Both the position numbers and the translations under genes were made by a program. Below the pieces are notes generated by a model that was not told where the DNA came from, ran no database searches, and was given only the letters and a program-made list of their open reading frames with translations. A DNA stretch of 64,000 nt from Terriglobia bacterium (GTDB taxonomy: Bacteria; Acidobacteriota; Terriglobia; JAJPHL01; JAPKYU01). This document shows, piece by piece, positions 10,971 to 20,118 of this stretch. The stretch is taken from positions 931,644-995,643 of the forward strand of contig CBDCKA010000002.1 of NCBI GenBank assembly GCA_965218055.1, written 5' to 3'. Positions within the stretch are counted from its first letter, which is position 1. Each line of letters opens with the position of its first letter.

Positions 10971-11269
10971 TTCAGCCTCGCCCCCCGGCTATTATATCCG
11001 AAATGAGAAGCTCGGGTCCGAGGGGCGAGGCGGTGGAAGCCAGTGGCGGCGGCCGGATTTAGTTCGCTCCCGGACACAAATCTGTTTACGTAACGAACCT
11101 GTTGCGATACAATTGTTGAAGGTGCTCCGACAGCGGTCTTGTTCTGTCTGAAATTCGCCTGAACATTTCCAGAGAGTTCTGTTTGCTTTGGCGATTTCCT
11201 CAACCTTCCCAGTAGGCACAAAATGTTGTGGTCCTTTCAGCAGGCGCTCAAAATGGAGTGGGTTTTGCC

Positions 11270-11298
11270 TTTACAAAGCATTACTCCAGCGCTACTAT
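11270..11298 (+). promoter_or_regulatory. Putative sigma70 promoter for smc
   Basis: TTTACA-17 nt-TACTAT about 85 bp upstream of the smc start. Confidence 0.55.
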
Positions 11299-11383
11299 CC
11301 ACCCAGCGCCCCGAAAGGGATAGCCACCCTTCAGTAGCTGGGACCGGCATCCTGAACTGGGGACTCACAAAGGAAGATTCGCC

Positions 11384-14300
11384 TTGCTGAAGCTAAAGAA
11401 GGTCGAGCTCATCGGGTTCAAGTCCTTTTGTGATCGCACCGAGCTGTTCTTTAATGGAGCGGGAATCACCGCCGTGGTGGGTCCCAATGGGTGCGGCAAG
11501 TCGAATATCAGCGACGCCATCAGTTGGGTTCTGGGCGAGCAGTCGGCCAAGAGCCTGCGGGGTGGCAGCATGCAGGATGTGATCTTCAGCGGAACGCGAG
11601 ACCGCACACCGAAAGGATTTGCCGAAGTTTCCCTGACGCTGGTGAACACCGATTACCACGCCGAGGGCCCTCCCGCGCTGCCGGAAGCGGAGCCGGCGCC
11701 AATGGCCGTTGCTCCATCAACCGCGTCAGGCCCCCAGGACATGCCAAGCTATGTGCTCCCAAGCCGTCAGGCCGAGGAGCCTCCGTCCCGGCCTTTAGCA
11801 CCGGAGGTCGTCATCTGCCGGCGGCTGTTCCGCTCGGGGGAAAGCGAATACCTGCTTGACGGCAGGCCAAGCCGGCTCCGGGATATCCAGGATCTGTTCC
11901 TGGGTACCGGCCTGGGGCATGGCTCCTACGCCATTGTCGAACAGGGGAGGATCGGGCAGATCCTCAACGCCAAACCCTACGAGCGGCGCGCGCTGATTGA
12001 GGAAGCGGCAGGAGTCACCAAATACAAGAACAAGCGCCGGCTGGCCGAGGCCAAGCTGGAAAGCTCCAAGCAGAACCTGAACCGCGTGAACGACATCCTG
12101 GAGGAAGTGACCAGGCAGGTGAACTCGCTGAAGCGGCAGGCCTCCAAGGCACGGCGGTACTCGGAGTTGCGGGAGGAATTCCGTGGGCGGCTGCGGGCCG
12201 TGCTCTCCAGCCGGCACGCTGATCTGGAACGCCAGGCGGTGCAATCAGCTCTGGAGCTGAGCCTGGCCTCCAACCGCTCCAAAGAGCTGGCGGCGCGGGT
12301 GGAGGTCCTGGAGCAGGAGCACGTTGAGCTGAACCGCACCGGCTACCAGCAGGAGGAAGCGCTACGTCACCGGCGCGACAGCATCGCTGCCCTCGACATG
12401 GAAGCTGACCGCGCGCGCAATCAGGTGGCCTACCAGCGACAGCAGGCGACCGAACTGGAAAACCGTCTTCGCGAGCAGGAGGTGAAGCGGACCCAACTCG
12501 GGGCCCGTCTGGAGTCGCTCGAGCGTGAACTGTTGGAGTGCCGAACGGCGCTGGCGACTGCAGAGGCCGAAGAGCAAAGGGCGCAGGCGGAGGTCGAAGG
12601 GCGCACCGCTGAGTTGACGCGCGCCGAGCAACAGCTGCGCTCTCACGAGAGCGAACTGGACAACCTGCGCGCTTCCCTGCTTGTCCGGATGGGTGAGTTG
12701 GCCGAACTCCGCAACCAGCTGACCCAGGTGGAGGAGTACCTGGCTGGCCTTGAACGCCAGCGCGAACGCGCCGAGCGTGAGCTGGCAGCCGCGACTGAAG
12801 AGAATGCCCGCCTCGGCAAGCAACAGGAGGCGGTCCTGGCCCAACGGACGCAACAGCAGCTCGAGTTGCAGTACGTGAGCTCCGAGCGGGCCGAGGTGGA
12901 AACGCGGCTGGGTGAGCTGAAGGCAGAGGTGCACCGCGTCAGCCGGCGACTGGAGCAGCTCCGAGGAGACTACTCCGATGCGCGCGCGCGCCGCGACTCG
13001 TTGGAGCAGATCCTCTCGCACCGCGCCTATACGGCTGAGGCAGTCCGGAAACTATTTGCGTCCAACGGAGAAGGAAACACGCGTTTGCCCGGAGGGTTCC
13101 GCCCCTTGGGCATCCTGGCCGATTTCCTGGAGGCCGAGCCACGTTTTGAGAGCCTGGTTGAGGATTTTCTGGCCGAGGAGCTGGAGTACGTGGTGGTGAG
13201 GAGCTGGGAGGCAGCGCAGGAAGGCGTGCACCTGCTGCGCGCCGAAGGCGAGGGACGTGCGACTTTCCTGGTGCATCCGGACACGGCTCTACCTGCCGCA
13301 GGCAACGGCTTCGCCTCTTTGCCGCCGGGGCTCACTCCGCTGAAAGACTATGTCCGGCTGACCAACGGATTGTCGGCAGCCGCCGAGACGCTGCTGCCCA
13401 AGCTGGCCTTGTGCTACGTTGCGGATTCGGCAACCGCGGCCCGCGAGCTGGCTCAGGCGCAGCCGCAATGTTACTTCCTGGCTCCGGAAGGTGAGTGTTT
13501 CCACGGCTCCACGCTGGGTGGCGGCAAGCGGGCCGGGACTGGTCCGCTGGCGTTGAAGCGCGAGCTTCGACAGGTGACCCAGCAGGCCGGCGAGCTCGCG
13601 CAACACATGGACGCCTCTGCCGGCGCTTTGCGCTCCAGCGAGGAAGAATTGGGCGGCGTTGCGGCTTCGCTGGAGAAACTGCGTGGGAAGGAAGTGGAGC
13701 GGGAGAAGCTGGGCGTAGGACTGGAACAGGAACAGCGCCAGCTTGCTGGCCAACTGGCGCGGGCCACCGAGCGACTTTCGGTTGCCCAGCTGGAAATTCA
13801 GCGGCTTGAGCAGGAGCGCACGCGCGCTGCCGAGCATGCCGGCCACCTCCGGGTGGAGGCCGAAGGCCGGGAACTTGCCCGGAAAGAGCTGGAAGCACGC
13901 CTGGCGGAAACCGCCGAGGCCGCTGCTCGGGGTGGCGAGGCGCGTCTCGCCGCCGCTGCTGCGTTGGCCGAGGCGCAGGCCCGGGCCGCAGCCCTCGAGG
14001 AGCGCCGGCGTGGTGCTGCCGCAGCCGCGGCGCGCCTCGACGAGGTGGTGGTTCAAGAGCGCGCCCAGGCGGGTGAGCTGGAACACCAGATCGACTCCGC
14101 CCGGAAGGAACTGGAGCGGCTGGCGCGCGAGCAAGAAGAACTGGAACGCCGGACGGCCGAAGCGGTCGCCGGGCGCGCCGTTGCTGAGCAAACTGCTGCC
14201 GAGCTTCTGAAGGCACTGGAAGAAGGCCGGCAACGGCTGGCGGAGCTGGCAGAGCAGACCCGGGTGGTCCGAGCGGAGCTGGACGAGCACCGCGAGCGCA

Positions 14301-15148
14301 AGTCGGCCGCCGAAGTGGCCCTGGCGCGCCAACAAAGCGATTTGGCGCATCTGGGCGAAATCTGCCAGAACGAGCTCGGCCTCCAGGCAAAGGAACTCGC
14401 CGCCGATCCGGCCGAACTACTGACAGACGATGCCCTGGCCGAGGCCGAAGAGCTGACCCGCCGACTGCGCGCCCGCATTGAGGGGCTCGGCCCGGTCAAC
14501 ATGATGGCCCTGGAAGAGTATCAGGAGGCCCAGCAGAGGCAGGAATTCCTCACGACCCAGCGCCAGGATCTGCTGGACGCCATCCGCGACATGCAGCAAA
14601 CCATCGAGGAAATCGAGGCCGTCTCACGCAGGCAGTTCCTGGAGGCTTTCCAGGCCATCAGCGCCAACTTCCAGGAAACCTTCCGCACGTTGTTTGGTGG
14701 CGGGACAGGGATGATGAAACTGAGCGAGGAGGAGAATCCCAACGAGAGCGGCGTGGACCTGATTGCGCAGCCGCCGGGCAAGCGTTTGCAGAATGTCCTG
14801 CTGCTTTCCGGCGGCGAGAAAGCGCTGGCCGCCTTGGCCCTGGTGTTGGCAATCTTCCAATACCAGCCCAGTCCCTTCTGTGTCCTGGACGAAGTGGACG
14901 CGCCGCTCGACGATGCCAACATCGAACGCTTCACCAAGCTCGTCGAGCAGATGAGCCCCAAGACTCAGTTCATTGTCATCACCCACAGCAAGCGGACCAT
15001 GGAGGCAGCACCCGTGCTCTACGGTGTGACGATGGCGGAACCGGGGGTTTCGAAGCTCGTGTCGGTGAGATTAGGCCTAACCGAACCGGCCGCAATGAGC
15101 CATCAGCAGGCCGCTGGGCAGGGACAGGCCGTAGGCGCCACCGCCTGA
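11384..15148 (+). CDS. smc: Chromosome segregation protein SMC
   Basis: Walker A VGPNGCGKSN, long coiled coils with central hinge, signature LSGGEK, Walker B VLDEVDAPLD, ITH; TTG start. Confidence 0.96.
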   Translation: MLKLKKVELIGFKSFCDRTELFFNGAGITAVVGPNGCGKSNISDAISWVLGEQSAKSLRGGSMQDVIFSGTRDRTPKGFAEVSLTLVNTDYHAEGPPALPEAEPAPMAVAPSTASGPQDMPSYVLPSRQAEEPPSRPLAPEVVICRRLFRSGESEYLLDGRPSRLRDIQDLFLGTGLGHGSYAIVEQGRIGQILNAKPYERRALIEEAAGVTKYKNKRRLAEAKLESSKQNLNRVNDILEEVTRQVNSLKRQASKARRYSELREEFRGRLRAVLSSRHADLERQAVQSALELSLASNRSKELAARVEVLEQEHVELNRTGYQQEEALRHRRDSIAALDMEADRARNQVAYQRQQATELENRLREQEVKRTQLGARLESLERELLECRTALATAEAEEQRAQAEVEGRTAELTRAEQQLRSHESELDNLRASLLVRMGELAELRNQLTQVEEYLAGLERQRERAERELAAATEENARLGKQQEAVLAQRTQQQLELQYVSSERAEVETRLGELKAEVHRVSRRLEQLRGDYSDARARRDSLEQILSHRAYTAEAVRKLFASNGEGNTRLPGGFRPLGILADFLEAEPRFESLVEDFLAEELEYVVVRSWEAAQEGVHLLRAEGEGRATFLVHPDTALPAAGNGFASLPPGLTPLKDYVRLTNGLSAAAETLLPKLALCYVADSATAARELAQAQPQCYFLAPEGECFHGSTLGGGKRAGTGPLALKRELRQVTQQAGELAQHMDASAGALRSSEEELGGVAASLEKLRGKEVEREKLGVGLEQEQRQLAGQLARATERLSVAQLEIQRLEQERTRAAEHAGHLRVEAEGRELARKELEARLAETAEAAARGGEARLAAAAALAEAQARAAALEERRRGAAAAAARLDEVVVQERAQAGELEHQIDSARKELERLAREQEELERRTAEAVAGRAVAEQTAAELLKALEEGRQRLAELAEQTRVVRAELDEHRERKSAAEVALARQQSDLAHLGEICQNELGLQAKELAADPAELLTDDALAEAEELTRRLRARIEGLGPVNMMALEEYQEAQQRQEFLTTQRQDLLDAIRDMQQTIEEIEAVSRRQFLEAFQAISANFQETFRTLFGGGTGMMKLSEEENPNESGVDLIAQPPGKRLQNVLLLSGGEKALAALALVLAIFQYQPSPFCVLDEVDAPLDDANIERFTKLVEQMSPKTQFIVITHSKRTMEAAPVLYGVTMAEPGVSKLVSVRLGLTEPAAMSHQQAAGQGQAVGATA

Positions 15149-15205
15149 GTCCCCCTAGCAGAACGCAGAAAAAGGGCAACTGCTGAACTGCCGGGGGCGC
15201 CGTCT

Positions 15206-15360
15206 TCACGCAGAAACTTCACCGCCGCGTTTGACGCTCTGCGCGGCGGGGCAGCCTTTCTCGTGGATGCATCGCGATTTCCTGGGACGCACAGATCGAA
15301 GAGACAGCGGCCCCGCCCACCGCGCGCTCCCCCTCCGTCCGCTTTCCCTCAGCCACCTTC
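15206..15360 (-). pseudogene. Out-of-frame C-terminal remnant of the OsmC-like gene
   Basis: The +1 frame gives KVAEGKRTEGERAV and the +2 frame gives IHEKGCPAAQSVKRG (OsmC resolving-Cys CP motif), separated by about 50 bp of extra sequence. Confidence 0.55.
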
Positions 15361-15696
15361 AAGGTGATACCGGACGTGGATGGCGGTGATGAAGGGCTTG
15401 CCCTCCACGTTCTCGATCTTACCCTCGGCCTCGGCCCACAACCCGTCTTTGGGCACCGCGATATGGCGCGCTGCCAGCGCGCCGGCTAAGGTGCCCGTCA
15501 TTCAGCCGGCGACGGCGGCCACGATGTGGTCCAGCGTGGCTGGCAGCTCCTCCTCCGGCTCGAGCCCGTAAAACTTCTTGATGCCGCCATGCACCCCGTA
15601 GCGGACCGGCTCGGGGAACTCTTCGATGTAGGCGCGGCGCACCGGCCCCTCGTCCTTGTAAATGCGTGCACGCGACGTGTGAATCAAGTCTCCCAT
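15349..15696 (-). CDS. OsmC-like peroxiredoxin, probable selenoprotein (in-frame UGA at 15504-15502); C-terminus appears frame-disrupted
   Basis: AGGAAGGAG SD then ATG 15696; reads ...ATLDHIVAAVAG-TGA-MTGTLAGALAARHI..., with the TGA at the OsmC first-Cys position and the frame open for about 50 more codons; SECIS-like hairpin follows. Confidence 0.72.
15451..15496 (-). ncRNA. Putative bacterial SECIS element
   Basis: Directly 3' of the UGA: outer stem GGGCACC/GGTGCCC and inner perfect stem GGCGCGCT-GGC-AGCGCGCC; the loop starts with G, 26 nt after the UGA. Confidence 0.65.
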
Positions 15697-15819
15697 CTCA
15701 CACTCCTTCCTGCTGTGGGAAAGTATATAAAAAAACTTACGCTCCCGAAGACCGACACCCCGTGCGACGTTTCGAAGGCGACATGCGCGAGAGCGCATCA
15801 ATGCTGGCTTGCGCAGCGC

Positions 15820-15849
15820 TTGACAGAAATTTTGCCGATGCCGCAGAAT
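15820..15849 (+). promoter_or_regulatory. Putative sigma70 promoter for purC
   Basis: TTGACA-18 nt-CAGAAT, 21 bp upstream of ATG 15871. Confidence 0.45.
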
Positions 15850-15870
15850 GCAGGCTCTTCCAGAATATTC

Positions 15871-16791
15871 ATGGAGACAAAAAGCACAACCATCTTGCTC
15901 GAAACAGAATTCCCGGGCCTGGTTGCCTTCTCGAGGGGCAAGGTCAGGGACTTGTACGAGGCCGGCGATTCCGCGGACAACGGTGCGCTGCTGTTGGTGG
16001 CCACCGACCGCATCTCGGCTTTCGACTGCGTTCTGCCTACCGGCATTCCTGACAAGGGGCGGGTTCTGACGCAACTTTCCCTGTTCTGGTTCGAGTTCTT
16101 GGCCGAAGTGGTGCCCAATCATCTGATTACCGCCGACCCGGCGCGGTACCCGACGGCGTTCCATCCATTTCATGGGCAATTGAAGGACCGCTCCATGCTG
16201 GTTCGCCGAGCACGGATGGTGCCGGTCGAGTGCGTGGCCCGCGGCTACCTGTCCGGCTCAGGCTGGAAAGAGTACCGCCAGACCGGAAGCGTGTGCGGCA
16301 TCCCGCTGCCGGCCGGGTTGCAGGAATCGGAACGATTGCCTGAGCCTATTTTCACTCCGGCCACCAAGGCGGAAACGGGCCACGACGAGAATATTCCGTT
16401 CGAGGAGATGGTCGAGCGAGTAGGCAGGCAGGTGTCCGAGCGGCTGCGCGAGCTGACCCTCGAAATCTACCGTCGTGCCGCCAGCTACGCCGAGCAGCGG
16501 GGCATTCTGCTTGCCGACACTAAGTTCGAGTTCGGCTACGTGGGAGACCAGTTGGTGCTGGCCGACGAGGTGCTGACGCCAGACTCCTCCCGGTTCTGGC
16601 CGCAGGAACAGTACCGCCCCGGCAGCGCCCAAGTCTCGTTTGACAAGCAATACGTGCGCGATTACCTGGAGCAAATTGGGTGGAACAAGCGGCCTCCAGC
16701 GCCGCCACTGCCGGCCGAAGTGGCCGAGCGCACGGCAGCGAAATACCGGGAGGCGCTCCGGCTCCTGACGGGACGTGACCTGCCGAATTGA
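15871..16791 (+). CDS. purC: SAICAR synthetase
   Basis: RGKVRDLY, ATDRISAFD, PVECVARGYLSGSGW, PIFTPATK, LADTKFEFG, DEVLTPDSSRFW, FDKQYVRD. Start set at ATG 15871. Confidence 0.96.
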   Translation: METKSTTILLETEFPGLVAFSRGKVRDLYEAGDSADNGALLLVATDRISAFDCVLPTGIPDKGRVLTQLSLFWFEFLAEVVPNHLITADPARYPTAFHPFHGQLKDRSMLVRRARMVPVECVARGYLSGSGWKEYRQTGSVCGIPLPAGLQESERLPEPIFTPATKAETGHDENIPFEEMVERVGRQVSERLRELTLEIYRRAASYAEQRGILLADTKFEFGYVGDQLVLADEVLTPDSSRFWPQEQYRPGSAQVSFDKQYVRDYLEQIGWNKRPPAPPLPAEVAERTAAKYREALRLLTGRDLPN

Positions 16792-17324
16792 GCGCCTGGA
16801 GCATACTGGATTCGCTGCTGGTCGGCATTGTGGTGTTCTCGGTGATGTTCAGCCTCGTCAAGGGATTTACTCGGGAACTGGTTTCGTTAGTCGCCCTGGC
16901 CTGGGGCTTTGTCCTGGCCTGCTGGCTCTACCCAGTCGTGGCGCGGCAGTTACCCCACGGCCGGGCGCCTGAGCTGGCGGCGTTGACCGCCTTCGTGGGC
17001 ATCTTGCTGGCGGCTTTGATTGCTGGAGGGTTCCTCTCCCGCTATGTCGGCAAATTGGTGGACAGGGCGGGGCTGCGCTGGTTCGACCGCGCGCTGGGTG
17101 TCAGCGTGGGCTTGGTCCGCGGGTTCCTGTTTTGCATGGTCGTGGTGGTGATCTTGACTGTCTTCGCCCCGGAGGCGCGGCCGTTGGCGAGGTCGAGGTT
17201 GACGCCGTACTTGATTCACGGGGCGCGCGTGTTGGTTTCCGTGGCTCCGGCACAGATGCGGGACCGCTTCCGCAGCGGGTGGGAGCGGGCCCAGCAGGTT
17301 TGGCGAGGCCAGCCGGAGCGCTGA
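16788..17324 (+). CDS. cvpA: CvpA (colicin V production) family membrane protein
   Basis: ILDSLLVGIV...KGFTRELVSL, DRALGVSVGLVRG; coupled to purC, the usual purine-gene context. Confidence 0.85.
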   Translation: MSAWSILDSLLVGIVVFSVMFSLVKGFTRELVSLVALAWGFVLACWLYPVVARQLPHGRAPELAALTAFVGILLAALIAGGFLSRYVGKLVDRAGLRWFDRALGVSVGLVRGFLFCMVVVVILTVFAPEARPLARSRLTPYLIHGARVLVSVAPAQMRDRFRSGWERAQQVWRGQPER

Positions 17325-17415
17325 CTTCGCTGTTGAATGCGGCCGGGTACTGTTGGTCGATTACCAATGGGCAAGGCCGGCCGCGGAAGCTCTTGACCCA
17401 GAAGGAGATCGTTCG

Positions 17416-17640
17416 GTGAAAGACCAATTGGAATCATTGATCAGGCAATTGGTAGACCGGGGAGTCCCATTCCCGGCTGCCTTGCGGGAATTTGAGAAGA
17501 AATACATCCGTCAGGTGATGGCCCACACGCAGGGCAATCAGTCACGGGCGGCTCGCCTGCTGGGTATGCACCGCAACACGCTCAGCCGCAAGATGGAAGC
17601 TCACCAACTGCACGGGCGAAACGGGAACCGCTCCGGCTAA
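17416..17640 (+). CDS. Small Fis-type HTH protein
   Basis: AAGGAG SD + GTG; EFEKKYIRQVMAHTQGNQSRAARLLGMHRNTLSRKM is an HTH_8 signature. Confidence 0.85.
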   Translation: MKDQLESLIRQLVDRGVPFPAALREFEKKYIRQVMAHTQGNQSRAARLLGMHRNTLSRKMEAHQLHGRNGNRSG

Positions 17641-17890
17641 CGGGGAATTCGGAGCAAGATTGCCATGCGGGACATGGGTCTCGGCGTCGGAAAGCGCAGG
17701 CCGGGCGGGCGGTGACCTTACTCTGCTTCAGATTCTACGGCAGGTCGGAACTGGTGGAGGGAGCCTCGGAACGAGGCGCGCCTTCGAATTTCCTTTGTCG
17801 ATTTCCCTTGTGAAAGCTGGGTGCCGCCGATCCGGAGCGCCTATCAGCTTAGTTCTTTAGGCAGTTCGGCTTTTGGGCGGCCGGTTCAGA

Positions 17891-19123
17891 TTACTCCTCC
17901 TCGAGGGGGAGGATTTTTCCGTCTACGATGGAGAGCACGAAGGGATCCTCCTGGTACGAGTTCACGATACCCTCAAAGCGCACGAGTTTCCCCTCGAGGA
18001 CCCCGCGTGTAAGTGCGCCTAAGATCATCTCTACGTCGTAGCCTTTTTCAGGGTCCCGCTGGGCAGTTTCCGGCAGTACGACGAGGCGCACGGTACGTGC
18101 CCGGCGGGGTCCCGTAGCGGAAATAATGCCGCCCCTCGGAAACTCCAGCTTCACCCCTTCTATTTTTTCTTTGAGTTCCTTCCCCTTGGCGTCCCCCTTG
18201 AGTAGCATGTCGCGAATCTCCCTGAAGCTCAACTCTTCGGGGATTACAGGGGCGGCAGCGATCACTTCCGCCTTGGAGAGGACTTTGAAGTCAGAGGGTG
18301 GGAAGGGCTGCGCCTTGGCGTGTTGCTTCAACTGCGCGAGTCCTTCTTCGTCCGGGCCGTGGTACTGCTCGTAAACCTTCCGGAGGTAGGCATCCACCTG
18401 CTGGCGTCCCGCAGGCTGTAAGCCGGTGGGGCCATCCAGAGTGGCGGCCCGCGCAAAGGCCCAGAACGCCTCGTTGTATTTCGGGTCAGGACGCTCGGAA
18501 ATATAGGCGTTGGCGAGCTTGTAGAACAGCGCGCCCTCTTGCGGGGACAGTTCGGCTGCCCTACTCAACTCGGTCTGCGCCGTGTCGTACTGTTTGCGTG
18601 CCATGGCAACCACGCCCAGCGCATGTCGAAAAACAAGTTCGAAGGTCTTCTTTTGCTGTTCCAGAACCTCGGCGCTGACGTTGGGCACCTTGAACTGGGG
18701 CAGTTGCTCGAGCCCTCGCCGGGCCAGTTCCTCGCCTGCCGCCAGCTTCTTTTCCAGCTCCTGGTCGCTCGGGCTCAGCGGCGTCTGAAGGAAGAAGTAA
18801 CTAACCAAGAAGAGAGCACGCAGGTGGTTGGGATTCACCTCCAGCAGCTGGCGCGCGGCCGGTTCGGGGCTCTTTCCTGTTTGTTGCAGCGCACCCATCT
18901 TCATTTCCAGAACCTGCGCTTTCGCCGTGGTGTTCGGGTATTTGGCCAGGAATTCGTCTAGAAACTGGAGTTTTATGGCCAAATTCTTCTCGTTGAACGC
19001 CGCGACGTAGTCGTTGTATTCGATCGGATTGTCAATCTTCTGGCCAGCAGCCGGCGCTGGCGCCAAGGCAGATAGTGCGACCAGCACAATGATCCAAAGC
19101 AAACTAAAACGCTTGAGTTTCAT
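17891..19123 (-). CDS. Secreted TPR-repeat protein
   Basis: Signal peptide MKLKRFSLLWIIVLVALSALAPAPAAG followed by helical TPR-like repeats. Confidence 0.75.
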   Translation of the reverse strand: MKLKRFSLLWIIVLVALSALAPAPAAGQKIDNPIEYNDYVAAFNEKNLAIKLQFLDEFLAKYPNTTAKAQVLEMKMGALQQTGKSPEPAARQLLEVNPNHLRALFLVSYFFLQTPLSPSDQELEKKLAAGEELARRGLEQLPQFKVPNVSAEVLEQQKKTFELVFRHALGVVAMARKQYDTAQTELSRAAELSPQEGALFYKLANAYISERPDPKYNEAFWAFARAATLDGPTGLQPAGRQQVDAYLRKVYEQYHGPDEEGLAQLKQHAKAQPFPPSDFKVLSKAEVIAAAPVIPEELSFREIRDMLLKGDAKGKELKEKIEGVKLEFPRGGIISATGPRRARTVRLVVLPETAQRDPEKGYDVEMILGALTRGVLEGKLVRFEGIVNSYQEDPFVLSIVDGKILPLEEE

Positions 19124-19210
19124 AACCATTCCACTCCTGGAGATCGGTTTAACATCCCCGGCGTAGTGCACCGCCGGATTATACTCGACTGCGCAACCAG
19201 GTCAAACTCC

Positions 19211-20029
19211 TTACTCACCTCGACTCACCTGGGCCCACGACGTTTGAGGCTCCCGCTGGCGGCTGGCACGCCGGGCCTTGCCGGAGTGTACCAGGCGCCT
19301 CAGGTAGTGCCGCCGGTCGGCTGGCATGCGGCGGTCTGCGGTCAGATCCGCCAAGTCGTTCCTCTGCACCTGCTGGACCAGCGCCAGCACACGCCTCAGT
19401 GAGGTCGCCGGATGCCGGATCAGCGCCAGGCGCACCTCGTAGCGCAGGGACCAACGGGGGTGCTCGGCAATGTAGTCGACCACCTCCGGCGTCAGCCTCT
19501 CATCCGCCAGACTCTTTAGCACCCCTTCCTGGGTCAGCCGTGGGTTCTCCAGGACCGTGCGAAAGACCCGTGTTTCCGAATCGGCGAGCAGGGCCGAAGC
19601 GATGCGAGAGGACCCCTGGCGGGCCAGTGACAGGCGCTCGCCGAGCGACAGCGCGGTGACCCGGGCCACGACCGCTTCTTCCGCACCTCGCCGCAACTCC
19701 ATGGGCACTCCCGGCGTGGTAGCCACCTTCAACAGGTCGAACAGGTAGAGGTGCCGCACCAGCGCCAGCGACTTACTCCGAGGAGCGTGCGGGTGCCGAA
19801 CCAGCGCCAGCTTGACTGGATAGGAACGCCACAAGCGCTCTCGCCCTGCCAGCTCGCGCAGAAAGGTTTGACTCAAGTTCTTCCTCGACAGCAGCACTTT
19901 CAGGTGATCCTCGGTCAATCGCGGGTTGTCCAGCAGCACGAGCAACACCTCTTCGGACGGGTCGTAGAGGATCGTGCTCAACTCCTTAGCGCTCCCGCCG
20001 GCGCGGCGCAGCCGTTCCTCTAGCTCCAT
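19211..20029 (-). CDS. Hypothetical helical-repeat protein (Leu-rich repeat variant-like)
   Basis: 272-aa ORF with recurring LL.NP.L / LALVRHP.. motifs and host-like codon usage. Confidence 0.65.
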   Translation of the reverse strand: MELEERLRRAGGSAKELSTILYDPSEEVLLVLLDNPRLTEDHLKVLLSRKNLSQTFLRELAGRERLWRSYPVKLALVRHPHAPRSKSLALVRHLYLFDLLKVATTPGVPMELRRGAEEAVVARVTALSLGERLSLARQGSSRIASALLADSETRVFRTVLENPRLTQEGVLKSLADERLTPEVVDYIAEHPRWSLRYEVRLALIRHPATSLRRVLALVQQVQRNDLADLTADRRMPADRRHYLRRLVHSGKARRASRQREPQTSWAQVSRGE

Positions 20030-20118
20030 GTTCCCTCAAGTTAGCACAACTGCCGCAGTCAGCTCCCAACGTGGCGCAGCCGGAAGCTGTCTCCGTCCGG
20101 GTGGCCCTGCGAGCATGA

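Noticed and set aside
15349-15351. Second TGA in the OsmC-like gene as another Sec codon
   Set aside because: It is not at a Cys-equivalent position, has no convincing hairpin behind it, and the OsmC-like sequence continues in other frames.
15697-15870. Purine/ZTP riboswitch upstream of purC
   Set aside because: No recognisable aptamer consensus; the region is explained by divergent promoters.
15502-16179. 225-aa minus-strand ORF in the track
   Set aside because: Its first ~160 codons are antisense to purC and the intergenic promoter region; only the part from ATG 15696 (with SD) is protein-like and belongs to the OsmC-like gene.
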